From positions 800,001 to 864,000 of the forward strand of contig CAVSGM010000011.1 in assembly GCA_963727485.1 (NCBI GenBank): a DNA stretch of 64,000 nt, given 5' to 3'. This DNA is from an uncultured delta proteobacterium. Lineage in GTDB: Bacteria; Myxococcota; Myxococcia; SLRQ01. Both the position numbers and the translations under genes were made by a program. The notes beneath the pieces are model-generated. The model had not been told where the DNA came from. It did no database searches and worked only from the letters and a program-made list of their open reading frames with translations. Positions within the stretch are counted from its first letter, which is position 1. The number at the start of each line of letters is the position of its first letter. Positions 62,905 to 64,000 of this stretch are shown one piece after another.

Positions 62905-64000
62905 TCAGGTCTCGTCGCGCGACGCGCCGATCTTGTGGAAGACCAGGTCCTCGACGGTGGTCTTCACCGTCTCCCACACGAGATCGCGATCGGTGCACCG
63001 GGCGAAGATGCCGAGCGGGATCTGGAACCCACCCTTGTCGCGCCGGCCGCCACCGTAGTAGCGCCCGGAAGGGTCGATCCCGAACAGGTCCTTGAGCCAC
63101 TTGTCCGGGTCGACGGTGTTGCTGGTGGTCCGCAGGGAGCCGTCGATGAGGCTCCCCGAGACGATCCCGTAGACCACCACCGTGTCCACGCCCTCACGCC
63201 GGAGGAGGTAGTCGGCGGCCTCGCCGATGCCGTCCCGGTCCTCGTCCCGGACGTAGCCCACGCCGGCGATGAGGTAGTTGCCCTTGATGACCTTCTTGTC
63301 GAGGGCCACCTGGAGGATGTCCATGCTCTTGGAGGAGATGGACTGCTGGGAGATCACCTGGAGGAGCTCCCGGTCGACGTAGGGCGCCAGGAACGCCGAG
63401 GCCTCGAAGTCGATGGGGCGCCCGGCGATGAAGTCGTCGGTGTCGGCGCGGATGCCGTACATCAGGGCGGTGGACATGCGCACGGTGATGGCCGCCTGGG
63501 GATCGACGCCGACCCGGCCCTGGGCCAGGTACTCGCAGTAGATGGCGCAGGTGGAGCCCGCGTCCTCCCGGACGTCGACGAACTCGCCCTCGATGGGCCC
63601 GATGGACTTGTGGTGGTCGACCAGGCTCACCAGGCCCATGCGCGCCGGGACCTCCACCGGGAGATCGGGGCTCTGGGTGTCCACCAGGCAGTAGCCGGTG
63701 TAGGGCGAGAGATCGAAGCCGGCGCTCCAGGGGACCATCTCGATCTCCAGGCGCTTCACCATCGCCCGGTTCTCGTGGTGGGAGAGGTCCTCGAAGTGGA
63801 TGATGTCGGCGTCCACCCCGAGGCTCTGGCACAGGTACTGGTGCACCAGGGCCGAGGCGATGCTGTCGGGATCCGGGTAGCCCTTGATGAAGATCGCCAG
63901 ACGCTCGCCCTGGTGCCGGAGCAGGGCCGTCTCCAGGGCCTGGACCCGGGTGCCCCGTCCGGGGAGCTGGAGCGGCGCCGCCTCGTCTTCCACCACCTGT
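62905..64000 (-). CDS. DHH-family phosphoesterase (NrnA-like); 5' end probably outside window
   Basis: YPDPDS, VDTQ, VDHH, YGIRADT, GGGR. Confidence 0.9.
   Translation of the reverse strand, partial: QVVEDEAAPLQLPGRGTRVQALETALLRHQGERLAIFIKGYPDPDSIASALVHQYLCQSLGVDADIIHFEDLSHHENRAMVKRLEIEMVPWSAGFDLSPYTGYCLVDTQSPDLPVEVPARMGLVSLVDHHKSIGPIEGEFVDVREDAGSTCAIYCEYLAQGRVGVDPQAAITVRMSTALMYGIRADTDDFIAGRPIDFEASAFLAPYVDRELLQVISQQSISSKSMDILQVALDKKVIKGNYLIAGVGYVRDEDRDGIGEAADYLLRREGVDTVVVYGIVSGSLIDGSLRTTSNTVDPDKWLKDLFGIDPSGRYYGGGRRDKGGFQIPLGIFARCTDRDLVWETVKTTVEDLVFHKIGASRDET

Overview
Very GC-rich bacterial chromosome segment, most likely from a Myxococcota (deltaproteobacterial) organism. The evidence is four Hanks-type Ser/Thr kinases, FHA/PilZ/PEGA/TPR proteins, a MYXO-CTERM tail, tsaP-dprA-topA-xerC-hslVU-argB gene order and an MrpC-like regulator. 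Most of it is core genome: pfkA, rel, ridA, kamA, pgeF, topA, xerC, hslVU, argBDF, argG, miaE, a J-domain/DnaK/TPR operon, coaE, engB, thiolase and cytochromes c. About 8-9 small frameshifts, one in topA, look like long-read assembly errors rather than pseudogenes. The clearest accessory element is a ~4.2 kb insert (3971-8140) bounded by a 7-bp direct repeat. It encodes a secreted 1000-aa LamG-like/DUF4382-like/CLCA-type Zn-metalloprotease and a translationally coupled MYXO-CTERM surface protein; this is the best candidate for an undescribed system. Other signals are -10 boxes 6-8 nt before SD-less start codons (leaderless mRNAs), a diverged MrpC-like regulator near a Pkn14-like kinase with an RHH-like tail, and a shared domain in the two genes flanking dnaK. 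There is one IS481 remnant. No rRNA, tRNA or CRISPR array was seen. All family assignments come from motif recognition by eye; no searches were run.
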